IMG/VR virus record: IMGVR_UViG_3300030433_000071
Location: 1 to 36,357 of that record
Strand: one strand, 5' to 3'
Origin: a virus
Lineage: Duplodnaviria; Caudoviricetes
Length of the DNA: 36,357 nucleotides
The notes under the pieces were generated by a model that was not told the DNA's origin, did not search any database, and saw only the letters and a list, made by a program, of their open reading frames with translations. Each line of letters opens with the position of its first letter. Position 1 is the first letter of the stretch. Positions 18,139 through 25,725 of this stretch are shown in pieces. The translations under genes and the position numbers were made by a program.

Positions 18139-18163
18139 AGTAAAGATTCTCCCATACCCTATA

Positions 18164-18361
18164 TTATCTCCCATTGTCCGGCTTCTTGAAAGCTGCAGGG
18201 CAGCGCACGATCTCAAGCGGTGGGGTGTCAGCGTCTTTTAGTGGCCTAACAGACAGATCCGTCATGATCGCCATGTCTTCTCCCCATCGTTCCGCCATCT
18301 GCATTGCAGCCTGCAGTGCGATCTTCACGTCTTCATCCTGCCACGGTGAGACGTAGTTCAC
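18164..18361 (-). CDS. Hypothetical protein
   Basis: 65 aa, coupled to the upstream gene. Confidence 0.65.
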   Translation of the reverse strand: MNYVSPWQDEDVKIALQAAMQMAERWGEDMAIMTDLSVRPLKDADTPPLEIVRCPAAFKKPDNGR

Positions 18362-18543
18362 TTACAGTCAGCCTCTTTGTAGTCGGGCCACGCACCACTG
18401 GCCACGTTATCGCAGTACACCTGTTGCGCCTTAACAGCCTCAGCGTAGTCGCCGTTGCCCATGTAGTTGTAACTCAGCGCGATTGCAGCGACCGCAAACA
18501 GCCAAAACCAATGCTCTGGTAACTCACTAAATATCTTCATCAT
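18358..18543 (-). CDS. Small membrane-anchored hypothetical protein
   Basis: Hydrophobic WFWLFAVAAIALSY followed by YC..V..G.WPDY....C; GGAGG RBS. Confidence 0.7.
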   Translation of the reverse strand: MMKIFSELPEHWFWLFAVAAIALSYNYMGNGDYAEAVKAQQVYCDNVASGAWPDYKEADCK

Positions 18544-18775
18544 GCCCTCCGTCAGACATCTTGCAGATCAAATCCCGGTACTCCCGGGCCGCTTGTTTAT
18601 GCTCTAACGACTCACTGATGAACTCAAACTGCTTGCCCATCAAGTAGCGCAGCCGCATTACCTCAACCGCCAGAGACATCTGCTCGTGTGGCAGCAGTGA
18701 CTTCCAGTGAAACTTGCCGCTGATGAACGTCTCTAGACGCTCGTCTGTTACCGGGTCAGTCGAATGGGATGCCAT
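18527..18775 (-). CDS. Hypothetical protein
   Basis: 82 aa in the overlapping minus-strand series. Confidence 0.6.
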   Translation of the reverse strand: MASHSTDPVTDERLETFISGKFHWKSLLPHEQMSLAVEVMRLRYLMGKQFEFISESLEHKQAAREYRDLICKMSDGGHDEDI

Positions 18776-18956
18776 GCTGTTCTATCCACCTCTGGTCTCT
18801 GTACTCTGGTGACTGTTGAAGAGTGCGGAACTCTTGTATCAAGTCCCGCATCAGGTACTCATCATCCTCTAGCCGGGTGATGAGAGAGAAACACAGGGCG
18901 CGATACGCTTTGTACTTTGCCCTGTAGTGGTCAGCTTCTGTCAAGCGATCCGCCAT
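18756..18956 (-). CDS. Hypothetical protein
   Basis: 66 aa in the overlapping minus-strand series. Confidence 0.6.
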   Translation of the reverse strand: MADRLTEADHYRAKYKAYRALCFSLITRLEDDEYLMRDLIQEFRTLQQSPEYRDQRWIEQHGIPFD

Positions 18957-19183
18957 ACCCGCATGGTACCACCGTCGAGGGTGCGGCGGGACAGCTTGTA
19001 CCCGGCTGGTAAATGACCGCCCTGCAGCATCTTCCGATAGGCTTGGTCCAGTTTCTGGACCGCAGACTTCGGCGCAGTGAACGACTGACCGACCTCAATT
19101 TCCGCCAACCACTTGTACTTGTGGCACCGCCCTCGATCTGCAGCGGGACGCGGTACGTTACTTTCAATTACAGGTTTTCTCAT
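18941..19183 (-). CDS. Conserved small phage protein, possibly DNA-binding
   Basis: IES.VP.P...KY.W...EVGQSF...G.MRVWR motif; GGAGG RBS. Confidence 0.75.
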   Translation of the reverse strand: MRKPVIESNVPRPAADRGRCHKYKWLAEIEVGQSFTAPKSAVQKLDQAYRKMLQGGHLPAGYKLSRRTLDGGTMRVWRIA

Positions 19184-19229
19184 TTTGTGCCTCCATTGGC
19201 ATAGTTGTGCAGCTGTCGCTGCGGGTTAT

Positions 19230-19249
19230 GGGCCGCTTACGCGCAGCCC
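19230..19249 (-). repeat. Stop-codon hairpin, variant copy (GGGCUGC-GCGUAA-GCGGCCC)
   Basis: gggccgcttacgcg at 19230-19243 is identical to 19473-19486. Confidence 0.75.
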
Positions 19250-19452
19250 GAATAATTGACTTGTGGGTAAGGGATGCCGCGTTGCTTCAGCATGGCAAGC
19301 CGAGCGCCGTGGTCACGCTTGCGGATGATGGCAATGTCATCCAGCGTGTCCTCTAAGGTGTCGATGCCAGCGCGGTAATCAGACCACGCTTGATCGACTA
19401 GCGCCCTACGGACGGCGATTGCCTCAATGATCATAAAGTTGCAGTTTCTCAT
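19237..19452 (-). CDS. Hypothetical early protein
   Basis: 71 aa; GGAGGG RBS; stop lies inside a hairpin. Confidence 0.75.
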   Translation of the reverse strand: MRNCNFMIIEAIAVRRALVDQAWSDYRAGIDTLEDTLDDIAIIRKRDHGARLAMLKQRGIPYPQVNYSGCA

Positions 19453-19474
19453 ATCTATACCCTCCGAGGTACGG

Positions 19475-19494
19475 GCCGCTTACGCGGCCTTGTC
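19475..19494 (-). repeat. Stop-codon hairpin GCCGC-GUAA-GCGGC, copy 1
   Basis: 20 bp gccgcttacgcggccttgtc, identical to 27314-27333. Confidence 0.9.
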
Positions 19495-19935
19495 CAAAAC
19501 TTTTGCTACTTCGTAATAACAGAGACCCGGGCCGAGATACCGAGGCAGCCTGTTGGTCTCAATCCATACGTCATTCTTAACAAAGATGCCGTCATCCCAG
19601 TAGCCAGCGGGCGAGATCAAGCCCTTGTCATCATCGGTGATCAGGTAGCGAGTGCTGCCGATCTTGGCGAGGGGAAGAGTCAGCGTCTCTTTAAGATCAG
19701 CAAGCTCTGGAAGCTCTGACACCAGACGGTAGCTAGGATCTTCGATGTAATCGCCCTGCTCTACTAGCTCTTCGTAGGCAGACTCATCACCCTCGACAAT
19801 GCGATCAAAGATAGCCGCTACACGCTCTTGGATCTCCTTACCCTTCGCCTCATCTGCGCCTGCAGCACGATAGCCAGCGATGTTAGCTTCTAACTCAGCG
19901 ATCTTTGATTCAGCTTTAGCGTACAAGTTGCTCAT
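19480..19935 (-). CDS. Acidic hypothetical early protein (first gene after promoter P1)
   Basis: Start moved to ATG 19935 downstream of GGAGGG; 151 aa ending DKAA. Confidence 0.8.
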   Translation of the reverse strand: MSNLYAKAESKIAELEANIAGYRAAGADEAKGKEIQERVAAIFDRIVEGDESAYEELVEQGDYIEDPSYRLVSELPELADLKETLTLPLAKIGSTRYLITDDDKGLISPAGYWDDGIFVKNDVWIETNRLPRYLGPGLCYYEVAKVLDKAA

Positions 19936-19979
19936 ATCCATACCCTCCAAGGTATTAATTAATTGAAACTACAATACGA

Positions 19980-20016
19980 ATAGTACACTAATCTGTGTGC
20001 GGTGCAACACTTTTTT
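19980..20016 (-). promoter_or_regulatory. Sigma70-type promoter P1 with overlapping inverted-repeat operator
   Basis: A-tract, then TTGCAC (20002-07), 16 nt, TACTAT (19980-85); GCACAC-N6-GTGTAC at 19983-20000. Confidence 0.7.
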
Positions 20017-20017
20017 C

Positions 20018-20401
20018 TCAATTAAATGAAATTAATTTGTAGTCGGGGTTTTCCTCTAGTTTCTTCAGTTCCTCCCTATAGTGCTTGGCTATTTCTCGAC
20101 GCAGCTGCGCGTTGGTTTTCATATGGCCCCGGGCCTTCTCACGCAGTATCGCCATATGTCCCTCACCCAGCGCCTGTTCCAGCCAATCGGCAAATGCCAA
20201 TGGATTTTCTGTGAAGTGACGGTGGCTGCTATGAGTTAGCGTGACTGCATTATCAAGGGACCATCTCAGGATCTTAGACCTGCGCCCATAGATGTGGGCG
20301 CACTCTAATGCGTCAGTCCTGCCAGTGTGCAGGCACTTGCCGTCCCTCGCCCTAACAGCCTTGCTAAACCAGATGTCCGCAGCGTCTCTCTTTACAGCCA
20401 T
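20018..20401 (-). CDS. NinG/Rap-like recombination nuclease
   Basis: D.WFSKAVRARD..C...G....LECAHIYGR....RW...N motif. Confidence 0.75.
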   Translation of the reverse strand: MAVKRDAADIWFSKAVRARDGKCLHTGRTDALECAHIYGRRSKILRWSLDNAVTLTHSSHRHFTENPLAFADWLEQALGEGHMAILREKARGHMKTNAQLRREIAKHYREELKKLEENPDYKLISFN

Positions 20402-20658
20402 CAGTGAACCTCCGAACTGACTTCACCAACAATAAACTCCATCTCGCCCTCTAGCTCTTCAAGCTCGCAGCAGAGACACGTCAGCCACACCCGGGTAAAG
20501 TCCTCTAGGTTCACATCGACCGTTATGCCATCAGGCCATGTGTCGGTGTACACGTCAGTCAGGTTTCTGTTAGTCGTGTTAGACATTGCGCCGCCGACCG
20601 TCTCAGTCAGGATCGCAACCTCGCCCTTGCCCATCGGCATCTTAAACACTGGAATCAT
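20401..20658 (-). CDS. Hypothetical acidic protein
   Basis: 85 aa, coupled at both ends. Confidence 0.65.
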   Translation of the reverse strand: MIPVFKMPMGKGEVAILTETVGGAMSNTTNRNLTDVYTDTWPDGITVDVNLEDFTRVWLTCLCCELEELEGEMEFIVGEVSSEVH

Positions 20659-21815
20659 ATTCGCGGCCTCACCGTGATCCGGGCCACCTCGCCCTCAGTC
20701 TTATGGTAGGTGATCGCCTTTGCTCCCCGGCGTGACACCCAGCCGCCTCGTGCAGCATACGCATCCCTACCGCTCAAGGTCGGGTGCATCTCTGCGACAG
20801 CCCCGCCGTCTTCCACGACACGCTCATGGTGGTAATGCCCGGTATGGATATAGGTCGTAGTGGCTGACCCCCACATCTCGCGGAACCGTGGCTCACTAGC
20901 GAACAGCTTGTGCAGGTTAGCCAGCTTGACCTTGTGACCGTGATGGAATCCCAGCATCGTCTCGCCATGTAGATATGCGTAGTAGGGGAAGTCGTTGTCG
21001 ATCACCTCAAGCCGTGGCTCATTTGCGAACAAATGCTTGATGTGCTTCCGCAGCCAGATGCTGCCCGAGATGTCATGGTTGCCCTCAGCGGATATCACCA
21101 CCACCCTCTCGAACTTCCGCAGCATCATCTTGACGGCCTCAGTCATGACCGACATCACCATCTCTACCAGCTTCCCGTAACGGGTGTCCGCGTCCAAGAT
21201 GTGGCCCGACTGCGGCGTGACACTCAGGATGCCGTCCCAGTGCAGAAAATCACCTAGCTGGCACAAGACTCCAGTACCAGACTTTGGTGACGCCTTAATC
21301 ATATCGCTGATGGAGTTGAGGAATACATCCCGGGCAATACGCATATCCCAATCATCTCCGGTCTCCGCCTCGTATGCGTACATACCGAGATGGAAATCCG
21401 TAATTGTAAGCAGCGTCAGCAGATCGTCATCCGCAGCCTTCGGTGCAGCAACACGCTTGAATGGCTTTAACCCTTCTTGTGCAGCTTCCAGCCGCTCCAC
21501 AAGGATCTCAAACTGACGTTCCTCATCAGTCTGAGACTTGACCCACTGGCGCACTGGCAAGCCAGCTTCATCGTAGAACGTCGAGACGCCCTTAATTTTA
21601 TGACCGTCAGGTACTGGGTTTTTCCAATCGTGATCTGGGCTATAGCCGCGCCGGGCCGCTTTATTTTTTACGGCATTTAAATGACTTCTTACCGCATCAC
21701 GGCTTGTGCCTAGCTTATCTGCAGCTTGATACTGCGACATACCTTTAACCATACAGAGCGTAACGACCTTTAGCTGTTTTTCTGTGTCGCAAAACTCTAG
21801 CAGCGGATGTTTCAT
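20655..21815 (-). CDS. N-terminal HTH fused to calcineurin-like metallophosphoesterase
   Basis: SQYQAADKLGTSRDAVRSHL (HTH); TDFHLG, LGDFLH, GNHD, HHGH, GHYHH. Confidence 0.85.
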   Translation of the reverse strand: MKHPLLEFCDTEKQLKVVTLCMVKGMSQYQAADKLGTSRDAVRSHLNAVKNKAARRGYSPDHDWKNPVPDGHKIKGVSTFYDEAGLPVRQWVKSQTDEERQFEILVERLEAAQEGLKPFKRVAAPKAADDDLLTLLTITDFHLGMYAYEAETGDDWDMRIARDVFLNSISDMIKASPKSGTGVLCQLGDFLHWDGILSVTPQSGHILDADTRYGKLVEMVMSVMTEAVKMMLRKFERVVVISAEGNHDISGSIWLRKHIKHLFANEPRLEVIDNDFPYYAYLHGETMLGFHHGHKVKLANLHKLFASEPRFREMWGSATTTYIHTGHYHHERVVEDGGAVAEMHPTLSGRDAYAARGGWVSRRGAKAITYHKTEGEVARITVRPRI

Positions 21816-21818
21816 CCG

Positions 21819-22709
21819 TTACCCCCGTTTTAGTGTCATGTACTCCGAGTCTTGGGGACAGGTGAGTTTCACGCCGTGATCCAGCGCCCACTCCATTACA
21901 CCGTCCATGAATTCCATCATTTCCCCACGATCCAACCCGCTAGTCTCCCGGACCTGCCCGGGGATCACCGTGTTGTTGATCTGCCTGTCTTCCGTACCTA
22001 ACAGCTTGTATTTTATCAGCTCTTTCATTTTCGATTCAGTGATATCCGCACCCTTCGATTTAAAGTGTTCAGACATCTCCCGGCACCAAACATGAAACAG
22101 CGCATTCTGGGATAGCGACCGCTTCGGTATGTACCGCTTTACCTTCCACTCGACCGCGTACTCCCAGTTCCACTCACTCTCTAAATACTTCTGGAAAAAC
22201 TCAAGCCGCTGCCGCAGCTGCTGTTTATCCTTGACTAGCCAAAACTCACTCATAGCTTCCCTCATTCCCTCTATCGGTCTTAATAGATAGTGTTTGATCT
22301 TGAACGCATCCGCCCTCTCCCGGAACGGACCATCAGGATCACCTTTTCTCACCTTTCTGCATAGCCGGTCAAGGTCGTGCTTCCACGCCCAACCAACCAT
22401 CTCAGTCTTGCCTGACTTCATGTTGCTGCTGCAGAAAACATAAGCGTCTACCGGGTAGTCAATCTGCGATGCCTCAATATGCGCGTCATGGTGTGCTTGC
22501 GGTGCCACGTTACGCTGCTTGGTTTTGACATCAATCGTGATACCGCAAAACTCCAAGTCCCATAGGCACCCGACATTCGACTCCGACACCCTGCTCGCAC
22601 CTAGCTCATCCCTGACAAGTAGCTCTGCCGCTTTAGCGGTCTCATGACGCCCGGGATCATCTGCCGCGATCGACGCGCTGTTGCTCCAGTTACGCACTGG
22701 CCTGCTCAA
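21819..22709 (-). CDS. PD-(D/E)xK-like nuclease domain in frame with a NinB/YbcN-like recombination protein (internal start at 22253)
   Basis: N-half WDL..CG.TIDVKTK; C-half KRSLSQNALFHVWCREMS...TS.LD..EM..FMD.V..WA...GV.L; GAGGGAAG precedes ATG 22253. Confidence 0.7.
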   Translation of the reverse strand: MSRPVRNWSNSASIAADDPGRHETAKAAELLVRDELGASRVSESNVGCLWDLEFCGITIDVKTKQRNVAPQAHHDAHIEASQIDYPVDAYVFCSSNMKSGKTEMVGWAWKHDLDRLCRKVRKGDPDGPFRERADAFKIKHYLLRPIEGMREAMSEFWLVKDKQQLRQRLEFFQKYLESEWNWEYAVEWKVKRYIPKRSLSQNALFHVWCREMSEHFKSKGADITESKMKELIKYKLLGTEDRQINNTVIPGQVRETSGLDRGEMMEFMDGVMEWALDHGVKLTCPQDSEYMTLKRG

Positions 22710-22896
22710 TTAAAATGTCGATGTAGTGCCGAGCCTTCTCCAAATCCTGTATACCGCCCTTCATCTTCCACCGCGACACATACTTAACCACTGCGTGTTC
22801 GCATATTCCCAAGCCATTCTGCAGCGCGTAATCCAGCGGCTGTATCTTCATGGTCTTGTAGTGACTCCCCCCGACCTGCTCCGATTCCCATTTCAA
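22690..22896 (-). CDS. DUF3310 family protein (T7 gp1.7-related putative nucleotide kinase)
   Basis: QVGGSHYK...IQP.DY...VKYVSRW..KGG.QDLEKARHY. Confidence 0.85.
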   Translation of the reverse strand: MKWESEQVGGSHYKTMKIQPLDYALQNGLGICEHAVVKYVSRWKMKGGIQDLEKARHYIDILIEQASA

Positions 22897-23045
22897 TGCA
22901 CTACCCTCCTTGCCTCTGCACCGAGTACCTCAAAATACTCCAAGTCACCACCGACCTTCACCTTGGGCGCTGGCTTTTTTAATGGTGGTATGCGCTGGAT
23001 CTTTCCCCCTCGTAACAGATACTGCAGCACTGTTTCTTTTCTCAT
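22893..23045 (-). CDS. 50-aa SutA-like peptide, copy 2 (not in ORF track)
   Basis: MRKETVLQYLLRGGKIQRIPPLKKPAPKVKVGGDLEYFEVLGAEARRVVH*; TGATG coupling and GGGGAGG RBS. Confidence 0.75.
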   Translation of the reverse strand: MRKETVLQYLLRGGKIQRIPPLKKPAPKVKVGGDLEYFEVLGAEARRVVH

Positions 23046-23197
23046 CACTTGAACCTCCCCTTAGTCCCTGTGCTTGTTCTCTGCCAATTCTTAACGCGGC
23101 CTTTAGTCTGCTTTGTATGGGCCGGTTCTGGTTCTGGGGATAATTCCTGTATTTTTCCCCCGCGCATCAAATACTCTTCCACACTCTCCTTTTTCAT
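23045..23197 (-). CDS. 50-aa SutA-like peptide, copy 1 (not in ORF track)
   Basis: MKKESVEEYLMRGGKIQELSPEPEPAHTKQTKGRVKNWQRTSTGTKGRFK*; ATGA overlap with the helicase stop and AAGGAG RBS. Confidence 0.75.
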   Translation of the reverse strand: MKKESVEEYLMRGGKIQELSPEPEPAHTKQTKGRVKNWQRTSTGTKGRFK

Positions 23198-24156
23198 CGC
23201 TGACTCCTTGGTATATCGACTCTTATGTTGTTAGCTGACTCCGACCGCTTAAACGTCTGTCCCGGGCCATCGAACAGGGCTATGGTGCCTTCCCAATGGT
23301 GGTGACGTTGCTTGGCTACTACCAGACGCTGATCCACGCCCTCTGCCAACTCAGCCATCTCACGGTCTGTTAGTGGTATGCCATCCTCGTGCTTGCGCTT
23401 TGCCATGGCCCGTAGCTTGTTGTGCCATGTGATGCACAGGACGTGCGCCTGATCTGTGATCGTGCTGCCGCCCCGGACATCAAAACGGGTAGGGATGTAT
23501 TCATCGCCACCCTGCGGTGGCTTGCGGACGTGATGCACAATGGCGATGTGGATCTTTAGCGCCTCAGCCAGCGATATAAGCTGATTGAAGAACAACCTTT
23601 CACGCTCCGGGTCATCAGTCACGCCCATGAACTGTAGGTTATCCAATGCCACCAGCTTAACGCCGCGCTTCGCCATAGCTGACACGCAGCCCAATGCCTG
23701 CAGCGGGGTCACCGAGCCTAACGCCCTGTACCACCAGATCCGGTCGCGGCTCCACTTAATAAAGTCTTCCGCAAAGTGCTGGGCCACACGATCGACCGCA
23801 GCGGCCTGCTTGCACATCATCTTGGCGGTGTCCTGTAGCCGCATCTCAAACGATGCCAAGCCAACCGGGTGGTGCTGTGCAGCGTGTACCAGTATCTGAC
23901 TCAGCAAGGTGCTTTTCTTATGACCATTGATCCCGGCCCAGACCGATACCTCTGCGTCCCGTAGGCGCAGCTTGTCATCAGTGTTAGGGAACGGCAGCGG
24001 CGTACCCGCCACGTCACTCTGCACCTCGATGCTCTGTAGAAACTCATCCTTAAATGAGTCGATGCCTACAACGTCTAGCTCTTCGACCTGCGCGTAGATG
24101 CGCTGCAAGTCCTTATCTGTAAAGTCTTCGACCTCCCTCCGAGGAATCCGATTCAT
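23194..24156 (-). CDS. DnaB/T7 gp4-like SF4 helicase (RecA-fold domain only)
   Basis: VWAGINGHKKST (variant Walker A), ASFEM, VALDNL, IVHHVRK, DVRGGSTITD, VAKQR. Confidence 0.85.
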   Translation of the reverse strand: MNRIPRREVEDFTDKDLQRIYAQVEELDVVGIDSFKDEFLQSIEVQSDVAGTPLPFPNTDDKLRLRDAEVSVWAGINGHKKSTLLSQILVHAAQHHPVGLASFEMRLQDTAKMMCKQAAAVDRVAQHFAEDFIKWSRDRIWWYRALGSVTPLQALGCVSAMAKRGVKLVALDNLQFMGVTDDPERERLFFNQLISLAEALKIHIAIVHHVRKPPQGGDEYIPTRFDVRGGSTITDQAHVLCITWHNKLRAMAKRKHEDGIPLTDREMAELAEGVDQRLVVAKQRHHHWEGTIALFDGPGQTFKRSESANNIRVDIPRSQR

Positions 24157-24824
24157 ACGATGTACTCCACTTGTTTGTTACCTCGCTGGCGCTTTTTCTC
24201 CCGGGCATTCCACCCAGCAGCCGCCTGCACCCAGTTGCTCATTTTGCTTCGACCGACCATCCAGTTCTTAGACTCGTAGAAGTGAAAGAATGACTCTGGA
24301 TCTACGAACAGATAGCCGCGCTCCCTACAAACATCGGCAATCTCTTCCAGAGACGGCGGGACAAATCGTTTCGATTTGGACCCTTTATCTTCTTTGCTAG
24401 TCTTTTCTGATCTAGTCTTGCATGACTCAATCATGACGGGGTCATGACTCTTGTGAGAATCCGCATCACCTACGTCCTTCAACCTACTGATTAGCTTCCG
24501 CATTTCTGGGTTGCTAGTCATTGATGAGTCCAGACGCTTGGCGATTTTCATGCAGGTGATTACGCCGCCGTCATTCTCAAACAAGCGCAGGTCCACCATG
24601 AATGCCATCATCTCGTTTACCTTGGTGACTGAGATCCCGGTGTCATGACTAATGATCTCCGCGTCATGCTCTAGCTCAAACGTGTATTTATCTGAGCTAA
24701 CGTCACCAGCGATCAACTCAATGCAGTACCAGTACAGACCAAACCCTTCCATCCCGTAGGCCAGTACCAGCTTCCGCAGCCGAGCGTCTCTATGACTGTC
24801 AGTATCGTGCTTTACCCACTTCAC
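24153..24824 (-). CDS. Replication initiator protein (lambda O-analogous; DUF4373-like N-terminus)
   Basis: MKW.KHD....D..L..L....G..G.GLYW..IE; C-terminal FVPPSLEE...FF.FYES..W.VGR.KM..W. Confidence 0.8.
   Translation of the reverse strand: MKWVKHDTDSHRDARLRKLVLAYGMEGFGLYWYCIELIAGDVSSDKYTFELEHDAEIISHDTGISVTKVNEMMAFMVDLRLFENDGGVITCMKIAKRLDSSMTSNPEMRKLISRLKDVGDADSHKSHDPVMIESCKTRSEKTSKEDKGSKSKRFVPPSLEEIADVCRERGYLFVDPESFFHFYESKNWMVGRSKMSNWVQAAAGWNAREKKRQRGNKQVEYIV
24381..24450. other. Candidate replication origin (iterons) inside the initiator gene
   Basis: CATGAC at 24421, 24432 and 24443 (11-bp period), next to a strand-asymmetric tract with two CTAGTCTT copies. Confidence 0.5.
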
Positions 24825-25233
24825 CGCTTGCCCCCTTAACTACCGTATCCACAAACTGGTTTGGACGCCCGCCTCTTTTCAGGGCTTTGGCATACCGCAG
24901 CTTGTCCTCCCGGGACAGTTGCTGCCCGGTCTTCTTGGCGTGTTCTGCCAACTCGACTACAAAGTCCTCTACAGAGGCTTCTGATGGCCTTCTGAGCGAT
25001 TTGTAGTGCTGATCGGTGTCAGGGTATAGGGTCTGCCAATCTAGCCCTACGGACGCTAAAACGTCGATTGCGCCGCAGCCAGCGTAGCAGTTAATCAGAA
25101 CCCTCCCGTCTTCCAGTTCTGTAACTGACAGCGATGGTGATAGGTCACCGTGTGCGGGACACGTTGCCATCCACTTTCCGCTGCCAGTCTTCTTGTACTT
25201 CTGGACGCGGTCCAGTAAGTCTTGTGCCGCCAT
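24799..25233 (-). CDS. Stand-alone primase-type zinc-binding domain protein
   Basis: CPAHGDLSPSLSV...VLINCYAGC; only 144 aa, no TOPRIM domain. Confidence 0.8.
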   Translation of the reverse strand: MAAQDLLDRVQKYKKTGSGKWMATCPAHGDLSPSLSVTELEDGRVLINCYAGCGAIDVLASVGLDWQTLYPDTDQHYKSLRRPSEASVEDFVVELAEHAKKTGQQLSREDKLRYAKALKRGGRPNQFVDTVVKGASGEVGKARY

Positions 25234-25241
25234 AGATCCCC

Positions 25242-25454
25242 CTACAGATCGTCATAGTCCGAAAAGAAATCTGGCAACTCCAACTCCATCGCCGCGCAGA
25301 AATCTTCCACAACGCTGACCTTCACGGTCTTTGCGTTTCTCCATCGCACAACCTGATTCGGGTGTGCATCCATGATCCGGGCAAGTGCGCGGGTGCTAAC
25401 CCCGCGCTGATCTTGCAACTCCCGGATGCGCTTACCTACATCCATTCGTTCCAT
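25242..25454 (-). CDS. Cro/CI-type HTH regulator
   Basis: VGKRIRELQDQRGVSTRALARIM....QVVRWRN...FC.AM.....DFF. Confidence 0.85.
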   Translation of the reverse strand: MERMDVGKRIRELQDQRGVSTRALARIMDAHPNQVVRWRNAKTVKVSVVEDFCAAMELELPDFFSDYDDL

Positions 25455-25461
25455 AGCTACC

Positions 25462-25725
25462 TCAAAATGGGATGTCTTCCGACACCGGCTCAGACTTGGG
25501 TTCCTCTTTGCTCTCAGGTTCCCAAGTGTCTAGTTTCGCGTAGCCCTTGCCAGCCTTGCTGACCAACATATCAATGTTGACCCACTCGCCGCCCGGGTTG
25601 GCCTTGAGATACTCAGCCATCCACTCGCGGAACTGCGCTACGTTGATTGACAGCTTGCCGATAACAAAGTCCGGCTGACCGTCACGCTTCTTAGGGTACA
25701 GACCCCCGATTAACTCACTATCCAT
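25462..25725 (-). CDS. Putative single-stranded DNA-binding protein
   Basis: 87 aa with acidic tail ending EDIPF; follows the putative annealing protein. Confidence 0.65.
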   Translation of the reverse strand: MDSELIGGLYPKKRDGQPDFVIGKLSINVAQFREWMAEYLKANPGGEWVNIDMLVSKAGKGYAKLDTWEPESKEEPKSEPVSEDIPF

